DNA of 51,449 nucleotides from an uncultured Clostridia bacterium (GTDB lineage Bacteria; Bacillota; Clostridia; TANB77; CAG-508): NCBI GenBank assembly GCA_947626865.1, contig CANQTZ010000003.1, positions 1 to 51,449 of the forward strand, read 5' to 3'. Shown piece by piece: positions 22,523 to 33,470 of this stretch (position 1 is its first letter; each line of letters starts with the position of its first letter). The notes under the pieces were generated by a model. It saw only the letters and a program-made list of their open reading frames with translations, ran no database searches and was not told where the DNA came from. The position numbers and the translations under genes were made by a program.

Positions 22523-22542
22523 AAGGATGTATTTAAGTAAAT

Positions 22543-22634
22543 ATTACAAAAATGTTACAGAAATATTACAGTTTTATGAACTTTTAGTAACAGCAAATAA
22601 AAATATTGATTTTTGACTTTATTTGAGTTACAAT
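22543..22634 (+). promoter_or_regulatory. Triple direct repeat (OmpR/WalR-type box) and promoter of the Tad-like locus
   Basis: ATTACA-N5-GTTACA-N5-ATTACA at 22543-22570; TTGATT-17 bp-TACAAT at 22606-22634. Confidence 0.55.
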
Positions 22635-22695
22635 TAAATAAATGGGTATTTTGTAAAAAAATATAGAAAAATAAATTAAAAGGGAGGAATTTGCT

Positions 22696-23814
22696 ATGGC
22701 ATCAAATCCAATGCAAAGGAAAGCAAGAAATTCATTTTTATTAGGTATGTTATTAATGTTAATAATTACAGGAGCTATCATAGCATTGTTATTCATGCAA
22801 TTAATGGATAAAAACAAAAAAGAAAAAGAACAATTACAACAAATGGTAAATGCTTATGTATTAAATCAAGATGTAAAATCTGGACAAGTAATTACTAATG
22901 ATATGTTAGAAACAAAAACAGTAGACAAAACACTTGTTCCAAGCAATGCAACAAGTGACATACAGGTAATTGAAAACTATGCATTGCAAGATAAAGAAGG
23001 AAATAATGTTATTACAAAAACAGACAAAGAAGGAAACGCAAATTTATATTTACAAAAAGATGGAGAAGATTATCAACTATATAAAGAGGAAGAAACTGAA
23101 AATTATTACATAGAAAGAAACAACAACAAAGAATATGTAGAATTAAATAGTGTGCCATTAGTAGCAAAAGTAACTATGAAGAAAAATACACTAATGACAA
23201 CAGAATTATTATCAAAAATAGATAGTGTTGTACAAAACGACGTAAGAAAACAAGAATACAACATGATTGTTTTGCCAATGGATTTAACAACAGGAGACTA
23301 TATTGATATAAGAGTGTTACTACCATCTGGACAAGATTACATTGTAGTATCTAAAAAAGAAGTAGAAATACCATCTATTAATGGAGTAGACTCAGAAGAT
23401 ACAATATGGATAAATCTAACTGAAGATGAAATATTACACATGAGTTGTGCAATTGTAGATACATATAAAATTGCTGGAGCTAAAATTTATGCAACAAAAT
23501 ATACAGAAGCTGGAATGCAAGAAGCAGCAACACCTACATATCCACTTAGTGAAAATACAACAGCATTATTAACATCAAATCCAAACATATTAGAAAAAGC
23601 AATGAATGAAATAAGAGCAAGATATAGTGCAGACAATAATGGAGATGGAAATAGTGATTTACCAAACTTAAGAAATAACTATATTAATGGTGTAATTGAT
23701 AGCCAAGGAGAACAAGCAGATTCAAATGTAGACACAAAAATGCAAGAAAGTATAACGAATTCTAAAAACAAGAGAAAAGAATATTTAGATTCTTTAGCAG
23801 GAGTAGTAGAATAG
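22696..23814 (+). CDS. SAF-domain CpaB/RcpC-like pilus assembly protein
   Basis: N-terminal TM, VLNQDVKSGQVIT SAF-like segment, GDYIDIRV; first gene of the locus. Confidence 0.65.
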   Translation: MASNPMQRKARNSFLLGMLLMLIITGAIIALLFMQLMDKNKKEKEQLQQMVNAYVLNQDVKSGQVITNDMLETKTVDKTLVPSNATSDIQVIENYALQDKEGNNVITKTDKEGNANLYLQKDGEDYQLYKEEETENYYIERNNNKEYVELNSVPLVAKVTMKKNTLMTTELLSKIDSVVQNDVRKQEYNMIVLPMDLTTGDYIDIRVLLPSGQDYIVVSKKEVEIPSINGVDSEDTIWINLTEDEILHMSCAIVDTYKIAGAKIYATKYTEAGMQEAATPTYPLSENTTALLTSNPNILEKAMNEIRARYSADNNGDGNSDLPNLRNNYINGVIDSQGEQADSNVDTKMQESITNSKNKRKEYLDSLAGVVE

Positions 23815-23830
23815 GAAAGGAAGATAAAAC

Positions 23831-24529
23831 ATGAAGAAAATAGGGTTTATAGGAGCTTACGATAAAATAGATTTAATCATATATATTGCTAGAATATTAA
23901 CTGTTTTAAAGAAAAGGGTTTTAGTAATAGATAGCACAATGATGCAAAAAGCCAAATATGTAGTTCCAGCTATGAACCCTACTTTAAAGTATGTAACAGA
24001 TTTTGAAGATATTGATATAGCAGTTGGCTTTGAAAATATAGAAGATATAAGAAGATATTTAGGAATGGGTGAAGAAAAAGAACTAGAATATGATATCGTA
24101 TTAATTGATGTAGACAGTATAAAAGGCTTTAAAAATTATGAATTACAAGATGCACAAAAAAATTATTTTGTTACTTCATTCGATAATTATTCCTTAAAAA
24201 AAGGATTAGAAATATTAAGTAACTTAGAAGGAACAGTTAGTTTAACCAAAATATTATATGCAAAAAACATATTAAAAGAAGAAGATGATTATTTAAATTT
24301 TCTATCTTTAGGATATAAAATTGTATGGAATGAATATAAAATATATTTTCCAATAGAAAACGGAGATTTGAGTGTAATTTACGAAAATCAAAGAGTAGAA
24401 AAAATACGATTTAAAAAGCTAAGTGTTCAATATAAAGACAGTTTAGCATATCTTGCTGAAGAAATATTAGGAGATGTAAGCGAAAATATTATTAGAAAAA
24501 CTATCAAATTTATTGAAAAAGGAGCATAA
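23831..24529 (+). CDS. Degenerate ParA/MinD-like protein
   Basis: IGFIGAYDK (degenerate P-loop), RVLVID, YDIVLID. Confidence 0.55.
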   Translation: MKKIGFIGAYDKIDLIIYIARILTVLKKRVLVIDSTMMQKAKYVVPAMNPTLKYVTDFEDIDIAVGFENIEDIRRYLGMGEEKELEYDIVLIDVDSIKGFKNYELQDAQKNYFVTSFDNYSLKKGLEILSNLEGTVSLTKILYAKNILKEEDDYLNFLSLGYKIVWNEYKIYFPIENGDLSVIYENQRVEKIRFKKLSVQYKDSLAYLAEEILGDVSENIIRKTIKFIEKGA

Positions 24530-24531
24530 AA

Positions 24532-25374
24532 ATGGCTATTGTAACTTTTTGGAACAATGGAAGAGAACAGACAGGAAAAACATTATCAATTGCAGCTATA
24601 TGTACACATTTAGCAATTGAACACAACTATAAGATATTAGTTATTTCAACAGGATTTAGAGATGAAAATTTAGATAACTGTTTTTGGGAATCAACAACCA
24701 AAAAAACTAAGAAAAATTTAGGCTTGTTTGGACCTAATAACAGTATTGCTATGGAAGAAGGTTTTGCAGGATTAACTAAAATTTTAAGAAGCAACAAATT
24801 ATCAGCAGATGTTATTACAAACTATACAAAAATTATTTTCAAAGAACGATTAGAAATTTTGCAGACCTTTAAAGGAACACTAAACGAATATAACGAAATG
24901 CAAAAATATTACATAGACATAATAAATCTAGCAAATAATTATTATGATTTAGTATTAGTAGATTTAGATAGAGAAGTAAGTGAAGAAAACAAAGAAACAA
25001 TATTAAAAAACTCAAACTTGATAATTGCAAGTCTAAGCCAAAGATTGACAAGCATCAAAACATTTGCACGAATGAGAGAAGAACAACCAATCTTAAAATC
25101 TAAAAAAACATTATTATTAATAGGTCGATATGACAAATATTCAAAATATAATATTAAAAATATTTCAAGATATTTAGGAGAAAAAAATAAAGTTTCTACA
25201 ATACCTTATAGTACATTATTTTTTGAAGCATGTGAAGAAGCAAATGTACCAGACTTATTTTTAAAACTTAGAAAAGCAGATGAAGAAGACAGAAATAATT
25301 TCTTCTTATCAGAAGTAAGAAGAACAACAGATAATATTATATACAGATTACAAGACTTGCAGATGAAAATGTAA
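24532..25374 (+). CDS. ParA/MinD (CpaE/TadZ-like) P-loop protein
   Basis: GREQTGKT, YDLVLVDL. Confidence 0.65.
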   Translation: MAIVTFWNNGREQTGKTLSIAAICTHLAIEHNYKILVISTGFRDENLDNCFWESTTKKTKKNLGLFGPNNSIAMEEGFAGLTKILRSNKLSADVITNYTKIIFKERLEILQTFKGTLNEYNEMQKYYIDIINLANNYYDLVLVDLDREVSEENKETILKNSNLIIASLSQRLTSIKTFARMREEQPILKSKKTLLLIGRYDKYSKYNIKNISRYLGEKNKVSTIPYSTLFFEACEEANVPDLFLKLRKADEEDRNNFFLSEVRRTTDNIIYRLQDLQMKM

Positions 25375-25386
25375 GGAGGGAAACCA

Positions 25387-27355
25387 ATGTCAATAACTAA
25401 CATCATATTAATATTGGTAGTTATAGGAATTGCATCATATTTAATTTTTTATACTATAAAAAAGAAACAAACAGCTGAAGTAGAAACACAAATAGACGTA
25501 GACGATAAAACATATACCATAGAAAAAATGATGGAATTTGTAAAAAAGAGACTAGATGAAATTACAAAAATAAATTTATATGATATAGGACTTTCAGAAG
25601 AAGAATTAAAAAGAAGAAAGAACAAAAAATACGAATTAAAAAAGGCTTTAAAAGGTTGTACTTATGGTGACGTAAATGATAAGAAATACGTAAAAGAATT
25701 AATTTTTGATTTGTTAGAAAAAGAATATGGCGTTTCAGAAGAAAATATATCAAAAGCAATTCCTTTTGATGTTCCTTCATTATTAACAGCACAAGATAAA
25801 TTTGATATATTAATATATATGTATAAAAAAGACTTTGGATATGAAGCATTAACAGAACTTATAAAAAAATATAATTTAGCAGCATTAAAATACATAGAAG
25901 GAGAAACAAAGCCATCTTATGCAATAACAGAAGAAGAAATAGAAGACATTTATGAAAAAGAAAACATCGTATTAAGTTTCCAAGATAAACTATCAGTTAT
26001 AGTACAAAGAATATATCAACGTTATAAAGGATATAGCAGTATTGATGAAGTAAGAGACATGAATATAGACGGTGTATCTGGTGGAGTATCTGGTTTACCA
26101 GAGAGTTTCTTGAGCCAAGTTGCACAAACAGATGGAGACTATTTAGACCAAGTATCAGAACACAAAGTACCAAGAGCATGTGACAGTATATGGATATTTT
26201 TCCAAGGTAAATCAATTCGTTTAGCATTCCTATCTTTCGGAACAGAAGCTGAACTAAAAAGAGTATGTCAAAATATATACAAATACAATAACCCAGGACA
26301 ATTATCAGACACAAATGGATATAAAATCAATGAAATGAAAGACGGCTCCAGAGTCGTTGTTGTAAGACCAAGTTTCTCTGAAACATGGGCATTCTTCGTA
26401 AGAAAATTCGACGTAAAACGTTCTACATTAGAGCAATGGTTCAAAGGAGAACCAGGATGTGACCAATCAATTGAATTATTAAAATATTTAGTAAAAGGAG
26501 CCAGAATTATATCAATAACAGGTGAGCAAGGTTGTGGTAAAACAACAATGCTTATGGGTATGATAGAAAACATTTATGAAACCATGAACATCCGTGTTCA
26601 GGAAACTGCATTCGAGCTTCACTTAAGAAAAATATACCCAACCAGAAACATACTTACATTTAGAGAAACAGATACCATATCAGGACAACAAGGTCTTGAC
26701 GTTCAGAAAAAAACTGACGGTTCTGTTAATATAATCCGGAGAGGTTGCAACAGACCCCGTAGCATCTTGGATGATACAAGCGGCCCAAGTTGCATCAAAA
26801 TTCACATTATTTACTCACCACGCAAAAACATTTCCAAACTTAGTAACAGCATTAAGAAACTCAATGTTAAGAGCAGGAGTATTCAAAAACGAAAAAACAG
26901 CAGAAGAACAAGTTGTACAAGTATTAAACTTTGACATACATTTAACAAAAGACTTTAGAGGAAAAAGATATGTAGAAAGAATAACAGAATGTATACCAAT
27001 CGAAGAAAAAAATGAATACACATTTGATTACAGAAATGAAAAAACATTAGAAGGAAAATTTGACAAATTTTTTGACAATGCAACACATTATTTTACAAAA
27101 ATAACAGACAGACAATTATATACTTATCGTAACATCTTAGAATATGTAGATGGCGAATATGTTATTACAAATCCAATTACAGAAGAAAACTTAAAAGGAA
27201 TGAGAGCAAACATGAATGATACAGACTTAGAAAAATTTGACCAATTTGTAGAAAGACACTGGAAAAAACAAGCCAAACAACCTATTACAGTAAGCGCAAC
27301 ACCGGTAAAAGAATTACCAAAAAAACGTGGAAGAAAATCGAAAGAAGAAATATAA
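25387..27355 (+). CDS. CpaF/TadA (VirB11-like) assembly ATPase; one +1 shift at CGGA 26737 inside Walker B
   Basis: FFVRKF, Walker A GEQGCGKTT. Skipping C26737 gives VNII-G-EVATD and then TLFTHHA (His box). Confidence 0.85.
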
Positions 27356-27387
27356 GTAATTTCACAAGAAAGAAGGTGAAATAACAA

Positions 27388-29463
27388 GTGGATAACAATA
27401 TGATATTTTATATAATGGGAGGTTCTGCTGGAGCATTTGTACTAATTATCATTGCTTATTTTGTACTATCTAAAAAAATGCAAAAGTCAGAATATAAAAG
27501 AATACAACAATTACAAAAAGGTACTAGAGAAAATAAATTTTCAGCAGAAGTATTATTGCAAAAATTATATCTAACTTATATAAAAATACCATTTATTAAA
27601 AGATATGTATTAAAAATAAGAAGAAGACTAGAAATTATAAATATAGATGATGAATACAATACAAGAAAGGACACAGCAAAAATATTAACACGAGCACTTG
27701 TTATTTTAGTTCCAATCTTTGTATTAACAATTATGATTACATCAAAAAATTATTTATTAATGTTTATTTTATTGATATTTGAAGTATTTATGATAGATAC
27801 ATTAATAGATGGTTCAGTTGATAAGATAGATAATAAGATATTGAAAGAGCAAATAGACTTTTTCTCTGAAATTAGGCATGCATACCATGAATATAACATG
27901 GTTGAAGAAGCTATTTATCAAGTTTCGCAAGATGATGAAAAAGAAATATCAAGACAAGGCGAGAAAATATATGAAATATTAATTTCAGATGATCCTGAAA
28001 TGGAGTTAGAAAAATATTACGATATAGCACCAAACAGCTTTTTAAAGGAATTTGCAGGTGTTTCATATTTAACAAAAGAATTTGGAGATAGAAAAGTAGA
28101 TGGAGCATCTTTATATCTAAAAAATGTTAATAATATAACACAAGAAATGCAATTGGAAATATTAAAAAGAGATAAATTAAATTATGTATTCCAAAGTTTA
28201 TCTATAATTGCTATTGTACCAGTACTATTACTAGAGCCATTAAAATCTTGGGCTATTAACAACTTCTCATTTGTAGCAAGTTGGTATCAGGGAAAGCCAG
28301 GAATGATTGTACAAATATTAATTTTAATTATTACTTTTGTATCTTATGTATTAGTCAGAAAGCTAAAAGATAATGGCTCAACTGGTATAGATACAAAAAA
28401 TACTGAAAACCCATGGCAAGCAAAAATTTATAAAAAGAAAATAATCAAAAAAATAGTAGACTTATTTATACCAAAAAGAGGTACTAAAGAATATAAAAAA
28501 GTACAGCAACAATTAAAAGATTCGGCTTCTCCTTTAAAAATGGAATGGTTATATATTAACAGAATTGCCTTATTTATAGTAACCTTTTTTGCTTCTGTTA
28601 TTATATTTTCACAACTGCATGTTGTTGCTATAAATTATGTCTACACAGAGCCGACCACAGATTATGACTTAATAGGAGGCTTATCGGAAAAAGACGAGAA
28701 AAAGGCAATGGAACTGACGGAAGAAGATAATAAAATTCTAGATAAGTTTAGAGGAAAAATAAAAACAACTGATAAAGAAATCAAGTTAGCTGTTCAAAGG
28801 TTAAAATATTATCAAGATGCAGATGAAGAGGAAATTGATTTAGCAGTAGAAAGAATACAGGGCAAATTACAAATTGTAAATAGTGAATATATGCAATGGT
28901 TTGAAATGTTATTAGCTTTTGTATTTGCAATAGTTGGATATATGGCACCAATAATGTTATTAACATTCCAAGTTAAGATGAGACAATTAGAAATGGAAGA
29001 TGAAGTAATGCAATTCCAAACAATTATTTTAATGCTTATGAGGATTGAAAGAGTAAATGTTGAAATTATTTTGGAATGGTTAGAAAGATATTCAGACATA
29101 TTTAAACCGCCTATTACAAAATGTGTTAACAACTATGAAGCTGGTGCGTGGGAAGCTTTAGAGGCAATGAAAGAAGAAGTAAGTTATACACAATTTATTA
29201 GAATTATTGAAAGCCTACAAGCAGCAGTTGAGAAAATTCCAATACAAGATGCTTTTGATGAATTAGATTCAGAAAGAGATTATTACCAAGAAAAGAGAAA
29301 AGAATCAAATGAAAGATTAATAAAAAGAAAAGGAATGATAGGAAAGGCAATAGGATTTGCACCAATGGTTTGCTTATTTGTTGGCTACTTGATAGTACCA
29401 TTAGTATTTATTGGATTAACAAGTATGTCTTCATCATTCACATCAATGACAGCAACGAAATAG
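27388..29463 (+). CDS. Polytopic membrane protein, probable fused TadB/TadC-like platform
   Basis: 691 aa with two TM-cluster/helical-domain halves, directly after the ATPase. Confidence 0.6.
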   Translation: MDNNMIFYIMGGSAGAFVLIIIAYFVLSKKMQKSEYKRIQQLQKGTRENKFSAEVLLQKLYLTYIKIPFIKRYVLKIRRRLEIINIDDEYNTRKDTAKILTRALVILVPIFVLTIMITSKNYLLMFILLIFEVFMIDTLIDGSVDKIDNKILKEQIDFFSEIRHAYHEYNMVEEAIYQVSQDDEKEISRQGEKIYEILISDDPEMELEKYYDIAPNSFLKEFAGVSYLTKEFGDRKVDGASLYLKNVNNITQEMQLEILKRDKLNYVFQSLSIIAIVPVLLLEPLKSWAINNFSFVASWYQGKPGMIVQILILIITFVSYVLVRKLKDNGSTGIDTKNTENPWQAKIYKKKIIKKIVDLFIPKRGTKEYKKVQQQLKDSASPLKMEWLYINRIALFIVTFFASVIIFSQLHVVAINYVYTEPTTDYDLIGGLSEKDEKKAMELTEEDNKILDKFRGKIKTTDKEIKLAVQRLKYYQDADEEEIDLAVERIQGKLQIVNSEYMQWFEMLLAFVFAIVGYMAPIMLLTFQVKMRQLEMEDEVMQFQTIILMLMRIERVNVEIILEWLERYSDIFKPPITKCVNNYEAGAWEALEAMKEEVSYTQFIRIIESLQAAVEKIPIQDAFDELDSERDYYQEKRKESNERLIKRKGMIGKAIGFAPMVCLFVGYLIVPLVFIGLTSMSSSFTSMTATK

Positions 29464-29474
29464 GGGGGAGTAAT

Positions 29475-30257
29475 ATGGAAAATGCATCTAAGGCATTGCT
29501 TATGGCAGCAAGTGTTTTAATTGCTTTAGTAATAATTGGAGCATTAATACTTATGTTTAATAATTTAACTAATTATCAAAGCACTAAAACAGTAAGTAAT
29601 AGAGAAGCACAAGTTATAGAATTTAATAATCAGTATGAAACATATAATAGAAAAAATGTAAGAGGTAGTGAATTACTTTCCCTATTAAATCGAGCAGCAG
29701 ATTATAATAGAAGAACTTCTAGTGCATCAGATGGTTCTAAAGGGGATGAAGGACAAGATTTGTTATATGAGCCAATTACAATAAGTTTTACAATTAATCA
29801 AAGTGATATAACAAGTTTTATTTATAATGATCGCGCTTATTTATTAACACAAAATACTTGGAAAGTAAGTGGAAGAGAAGATACATTTGGAAAAGACATG
29901 AAAAGTAAGATAGATGATTTGGAAGGAAATTATACAGCTGATTCTTTAGCTAAAATGGTAAAAGAAATATCAAATATTCTCATAGAAGTTAATCCACGTA
30001 CTACGCAAGCAGAAAAAGATGCGGCTATGGATGTATATAACAAGTGTAGTATAAATAAGACGAAAATAAATAATTTTGGTGATTTAAAATCAAAGAGTTT
30101 TGGTAACTGTACGATTGAAGAGGCTATACGCACATATTATGAATATGTACAATTTAAAAGAGCTAGGTTTGATTGTATAGAAGGTAGTGTAAAGTATAAT
30201 GATGGAACTGGAAGAATTACAAAAATGGAATTTGAATTTAATGGAAAATTCGAATAA
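29475..30257 (+). CDS. Pilin-like protein (MENASKAL family)
   Basis: MENASKALLMAAS plus hydrophobic helix, FNNQY motif; SD GGGGAG before ATG 29475. Confidence 0.7.
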   Translation: MENASKALLMAASVLIALVIIGALILMFNNLTNYQSTKTVSNREAQVIEFNNQYETYNRKNVRGSELLSLLNRAADYNRRTSSASDGSKGDEGQDLLYEPITISFTINQSDITSFIYNDRAYLLTQNTWKVSGREDTFGKDMKSKIDDLEGNYTADSLAKMVKEISNILIEVNPRTTQAEKDAAMDVYNKCSINKTKINNFGDLKSKSFGNCTIEEAIRTYYEYVQFKRARFDCIEGSVKYNDGTGRITKMEFEFNGKFE

Positions 30258-30278
30258 TAAAAAGAGGAGTAAAAGGAT

Positions 30279-30788
30279 ATGGAAAATGCTTCAAAAGCAT
30301 TAATTATGGCAGCAAGTATGCTAATTGGAATATTAATTTTATCATTAATGGTATATCTATTTGCATCATTTGCAAGTACTGCCTCTGATACATATAAGCA
30401 AAAGCAAGAAGAACAGTTAAGACAATTTAATACTCAATTTACTTCTTATGAAAATAATGGAAGAATTACAATATATGATGTTATTACAATAGCAAACTTG
30501 GCAACAGAAAATAATATTTATTATGAATTAAATAAAAAAAATGATGTAGTAGATGATTCAGATTATTATGTTGGTGTATATATCAATACGCGTGATTCTG
30601 CATCTGGGTGGATAGAAGGAGGGCTTAATACAGAGTTAGAAGACAAAAGAGAAGAGTATAATCAATATATTGCTAAAGATGTTAGTATTCTTGAAACACC
30701 AGGTGCAACAATACCTTATTATACATGTAGAACTGAAATAAGTCCAGCAACTGGAAGAGTTTATCGAGTATGGTTTGAAAAAAAATAA
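30279..30788 (+). CDS. Pilin-like protein (MENASKAL family)
   Basis: MENASKALIMAAS, FNTQF. Confidence 0.7.
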   Translation: MENASKALIMAASMLIGILILSLMVYLFASFASTASDTYKQKQEEQLRQFNTQFTSYENNGRITIYDVITIANLATENNIYYELNKKNDVVDDSDYYVGVYINTRDSASGWIEGGLNTELEDKREEYNQYIAKDVSILETPGATIPYYTCRTEISPATGRVYRVWFEKK

Positions 30789-30804
30789 TATAAAGGATGG
30801 AAAA

Positions 30805-31236
30805 ATGAAAAAAATAGCAATTTTTTTTCTAATAGTGATTATAATCATTGGAGGAATTTACTATATATATTTGAATTATAAGGCAAATTATAATGAAGCT
30901 CAAATGGAAAATAAAGAATTTGTACGTTATGATGGAAAGCAGATTAAAGGATCTGATTTAACAAGCCTTATTAATAAAGCAGTAGATAATAATGAAAAAA
31001 ATGAAGTTCTGAAAGATGAAAAAGGAAAATACTTAAATAATGACAGCAACTCCATTCAAATAGATATAAAAATGATAGATACAGATGAAACATATCAGAT
31101 GGAAACAATATACAATGGTGGAATGGAAAAGTTCATGCAATTTTATGGAGAAATAGAATTTCAGTGTACTAAAATTGAATATCATCAGGCAACTAAGAAG
31201 GTAAAATATATGTTATTTGAACAAATAACACAATAA
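30805..31236 (+). CDS. Pilin-like or membrane-anchored protein
   Basis: Single N-terminal TM; IKGSDLTSLINKA resembles the VRGSELLSLLNRA motif of its neighbours. Confidence 0.6.
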   Translation: MKKIAIFFLIVIIIIGGIYYIYLNYKANYNEAQMENKEFVRYDGKQIKGSDLTSLINKAVDNNEKNEVLKDEKGKYLNNDSNSIQIDIKMIDTDETYQMETIYNGGMEKFMQFYGEIEFQCTKIEYHQATKKVKYMLFEQITQ

Positions 31237-31304
31237 AAATGTTAAAAATTTTACTAGCGAAAGTTAGTAGTTAATATAAAGAAAAATATAAGGAGGAAAA
31301 AAGT

Positions 31305-31733
31305 ATGGAGAATGCATCAAAAGCATTAATTATAGCAGGAGCTATATTGCTATCAATATTACTTATATCATTAGGAATAATGATATATAATCAAGCATCA
31401 GGGGTGGTAAACAATAATTCAATGACAGAAGTGGAAGTTAGCACATTTAATCAAAAGTTTGAGCAATATTTTGGAGAACATGTTAGAGGAGCTAATGTTA
31501 ATGCATTGATTAGTGCAGTTAATAATAATAATATGTCAACAGATGATGAATCAAAAAAAGTTACAATTACATTTAGTGCTACTTTGCCAACTGGTGTGAC
31601 GTGGCCAAATGGAGCGGGTGCGACTAATTATCCCAAAGCGGCTAGTACAGGTAAAACTTATAATGTACATGTGAGTGATGGAAACGATGCAATGACTAGT
31701 GGTGGACTAATTTCCAAAATTACAATTGAATAG
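31305..31733 (+). CDS. Pilin-like protein, tandem paralog 1
   Basis: MENASKALIIAGAILLS, FNQKF, VRGANVNALI. Confidence 0.75.
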   Translation: MENASKALIIAGAILLSILLISLGIMIYNQASGVVNNNSMTEVEVSTFNQKFEQYFGEHVRGANVNALISAVNNNNMSTDDESKKVTITFSATLPTGVTWPNGAGATNYPKAASTGKTYNVHVSDGNDAMTSGGLISKITIE

Positions 31734-31781
31734 TAGCTAATATTTATTACGTGCCATAATAGAAGATAGGAGGAAAAAGTT

Positions 31782-32225
31782 ATGGAGAATGCATCAAAAG
31801 CATTAATTATAGCAGGGGCTATATTACTATCAATATTAATTATATCATTAGGAATAATGATATATAATCAAGCATCAGGGGTGGTAACTAATAATTCAAT
31901 GACAGAGGTAGAAGTTAACACATTTAATCAAAAGTTTGAACAATATTTTGGACAACATGTTAGAGGAGCTAATGTTAATGCACTTATTAGTGCTGTTAAT
32001 AGTAATAATATGTCAACAGATGATGAGTCAAAAAAAGTTACAATTACATCTACGGCAACCGGATTAACTATTAGTGGTAGTAATAATGGAACTTATTCAA
32101 AATCTGCTAGTACGGGAAAAACTTATAGTGTGGGTGTGAATACTAACGATACTTCCGATGGAAAAAAGGCGGGCTTTACGTCGGGTGGTCTAATTGCAAG
32201 TATAATTATTTCTGACAGTCAATAA
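31782..32225 (+). CDS. Pilin-like protein, tandem paralog 2
   Basis: First ~88 codons nearly identical to 31305; C-terminus diverged. Confidence 0.75.
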   Translation: MENASKALIIAGAILLSILIISLGIMIYNQASGVVTNNSMTEVEVNTFNQKFEQYFGQHVRGANVNALISAVNSNNMSTDDESKKVTITSTATGLTISGSNNGTYSKSASTGKTYSVGVNTNDTSDGKKAGFTSGGLIASIIISDSQ

Positions 32226-32240
32226 GAAAGGGGCGAGGTT

Positions 32241-32846
32241 ATGGAGAATGTTACTGATGCTTTACAATTGGCATTTGCAGTATTAGTATTTGTTGTGGCA
32301 TTGTCCATAAGTATCAATGCCTTTGGACAAGCAAGAGCAACCTCGGGGCAAATACTAGATATGCATGACAGAGAGTTAGACATGACTTATGTGAATGAAG
32401 AAAGCTCTAGTGGATTGAGAATAGTACGTGCTGAATCGATTGTGCCAACAATATATAGGGCATATAAGGAAAATTATAAGATTGTTTTTATTTTTCATTC
32501 TGGTGATAATTTTATATATAAAAAAAATAATACAGAAATACATTGTATAGATTTAGAGAAAGATGTAATGGGAAGTGACGAACAAAAAGAAAGATTTATT
32601 ATGTATTTATTATATGGTGTTAAAAATCCAAATGAACAAGGATATAAAGTGTTCAAAGATGCAGGAATAGACTTGAATTTTGAGCCACTTTATGATAGAA
32701 TAAAAGGAGAGGACTTCATAGAAAGTCTGGGAGTCTATTATCAAGATGAGTTAGACACTTTATCAGATGGACGTAATTTAGACAATGTAGTTCCTGAAGC
32801 TAATAGGCTGAAAAAAAAGGTAGTAACTTATGAAGAAAAAGATTAA
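32241..32846 (+). CDS. Pilin-like protein
   Basis: MENVTDALQLAFAVLVFVVALSISI N-terminal helix. Confidence 0.65.
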   Translation: MENVTDALQLAFAVLVFVVALSISINAFGQARATSGQILDMHDRELDMTYVNEESSSGLRIVRAESIVPTIYRAYKENYKIVFIFHSGDNFIYKKNNTEIHCIDLEKDVMGSDEQKERFIMYLLYGVKNPNEQGYKVFKDAGIDLNFEPLYDRIKGEDFIESLGVYYQDELDTLSDGRNLDNVVPEANRLKKKVVTYEEKD

Positions 32847-32868
32847 ATAATTATTAGGAGGGAAAAAT

Positions 32869-33405
32869 ATGGGAGATTCATTAATAACAATCGTTGTAAT
32901 TGGATTAGTAGCAGTACTTATGTTCATATTTCCAGTAATGACAATGGCAGATCGTTCAGACGATATTGCACAATTAGCTGTAGAAACAGAAACAAGAGAA
33001 TTTGTTGATGATGTTAGAACAACAGGCAAACTTACATTAGACAAGTATGAAAAATTTGTAGAAAATATTTCAGCAACAGGTCATTCATATACAGTAGAAA
33101 TGACAAGTACAGTAAATGACGAAACACCTGGTAAAAAAGTTACGCAAGCAGATGCAACAAAATATGGAGAGAATGCTTCTTGGGTTATGTACACATCACA
33201 AATAATAGATACTTTAAATAATCCAAATAACCATGGGGTAATGTCATTGGCTGAAGGAAGTGACTTTTCAGTGCAAGTCAAAAATAATGATGTAACATTA
33301 AGTCAACAATTTAATAATTTTCTATACAAAGTAACAGGAAATGATAGCTATGTTATAGCTGCATCCCACTCAGGGATTGTAACAACAACCGGTTCTGGAA
33401 ATTAA
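32869..33405 (+). CDS. Minor pilin / TadE-like membrane-anchored protein
   Basis: N-terminal TM (MGDSLITIVVIGLVAVLMFIFP); position in the locus. Confidence 0.55.
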   Translation: MGDSLITIVVIGLVAVLMFIFPVMTMADRSDDIAQLAVETETREFVDDVRTTGKLTLDKYEKFVENISATGHSYTVEMTSTVNDETPGKKVTQADATKYGENASWVMYTSQIIDTLNNPNNHGVMSLAEGSDFSVQVKNNDVTLSQQFNNFLYKVTGNDSYVIAASHSGIVTTTGSGN

Positions 33406-33470
33406 AAGGGGAAGCTTGTAATCAATATTACAAGCTTATTTAATAATACGAAGAAAAGAGAAGAAAAGTT

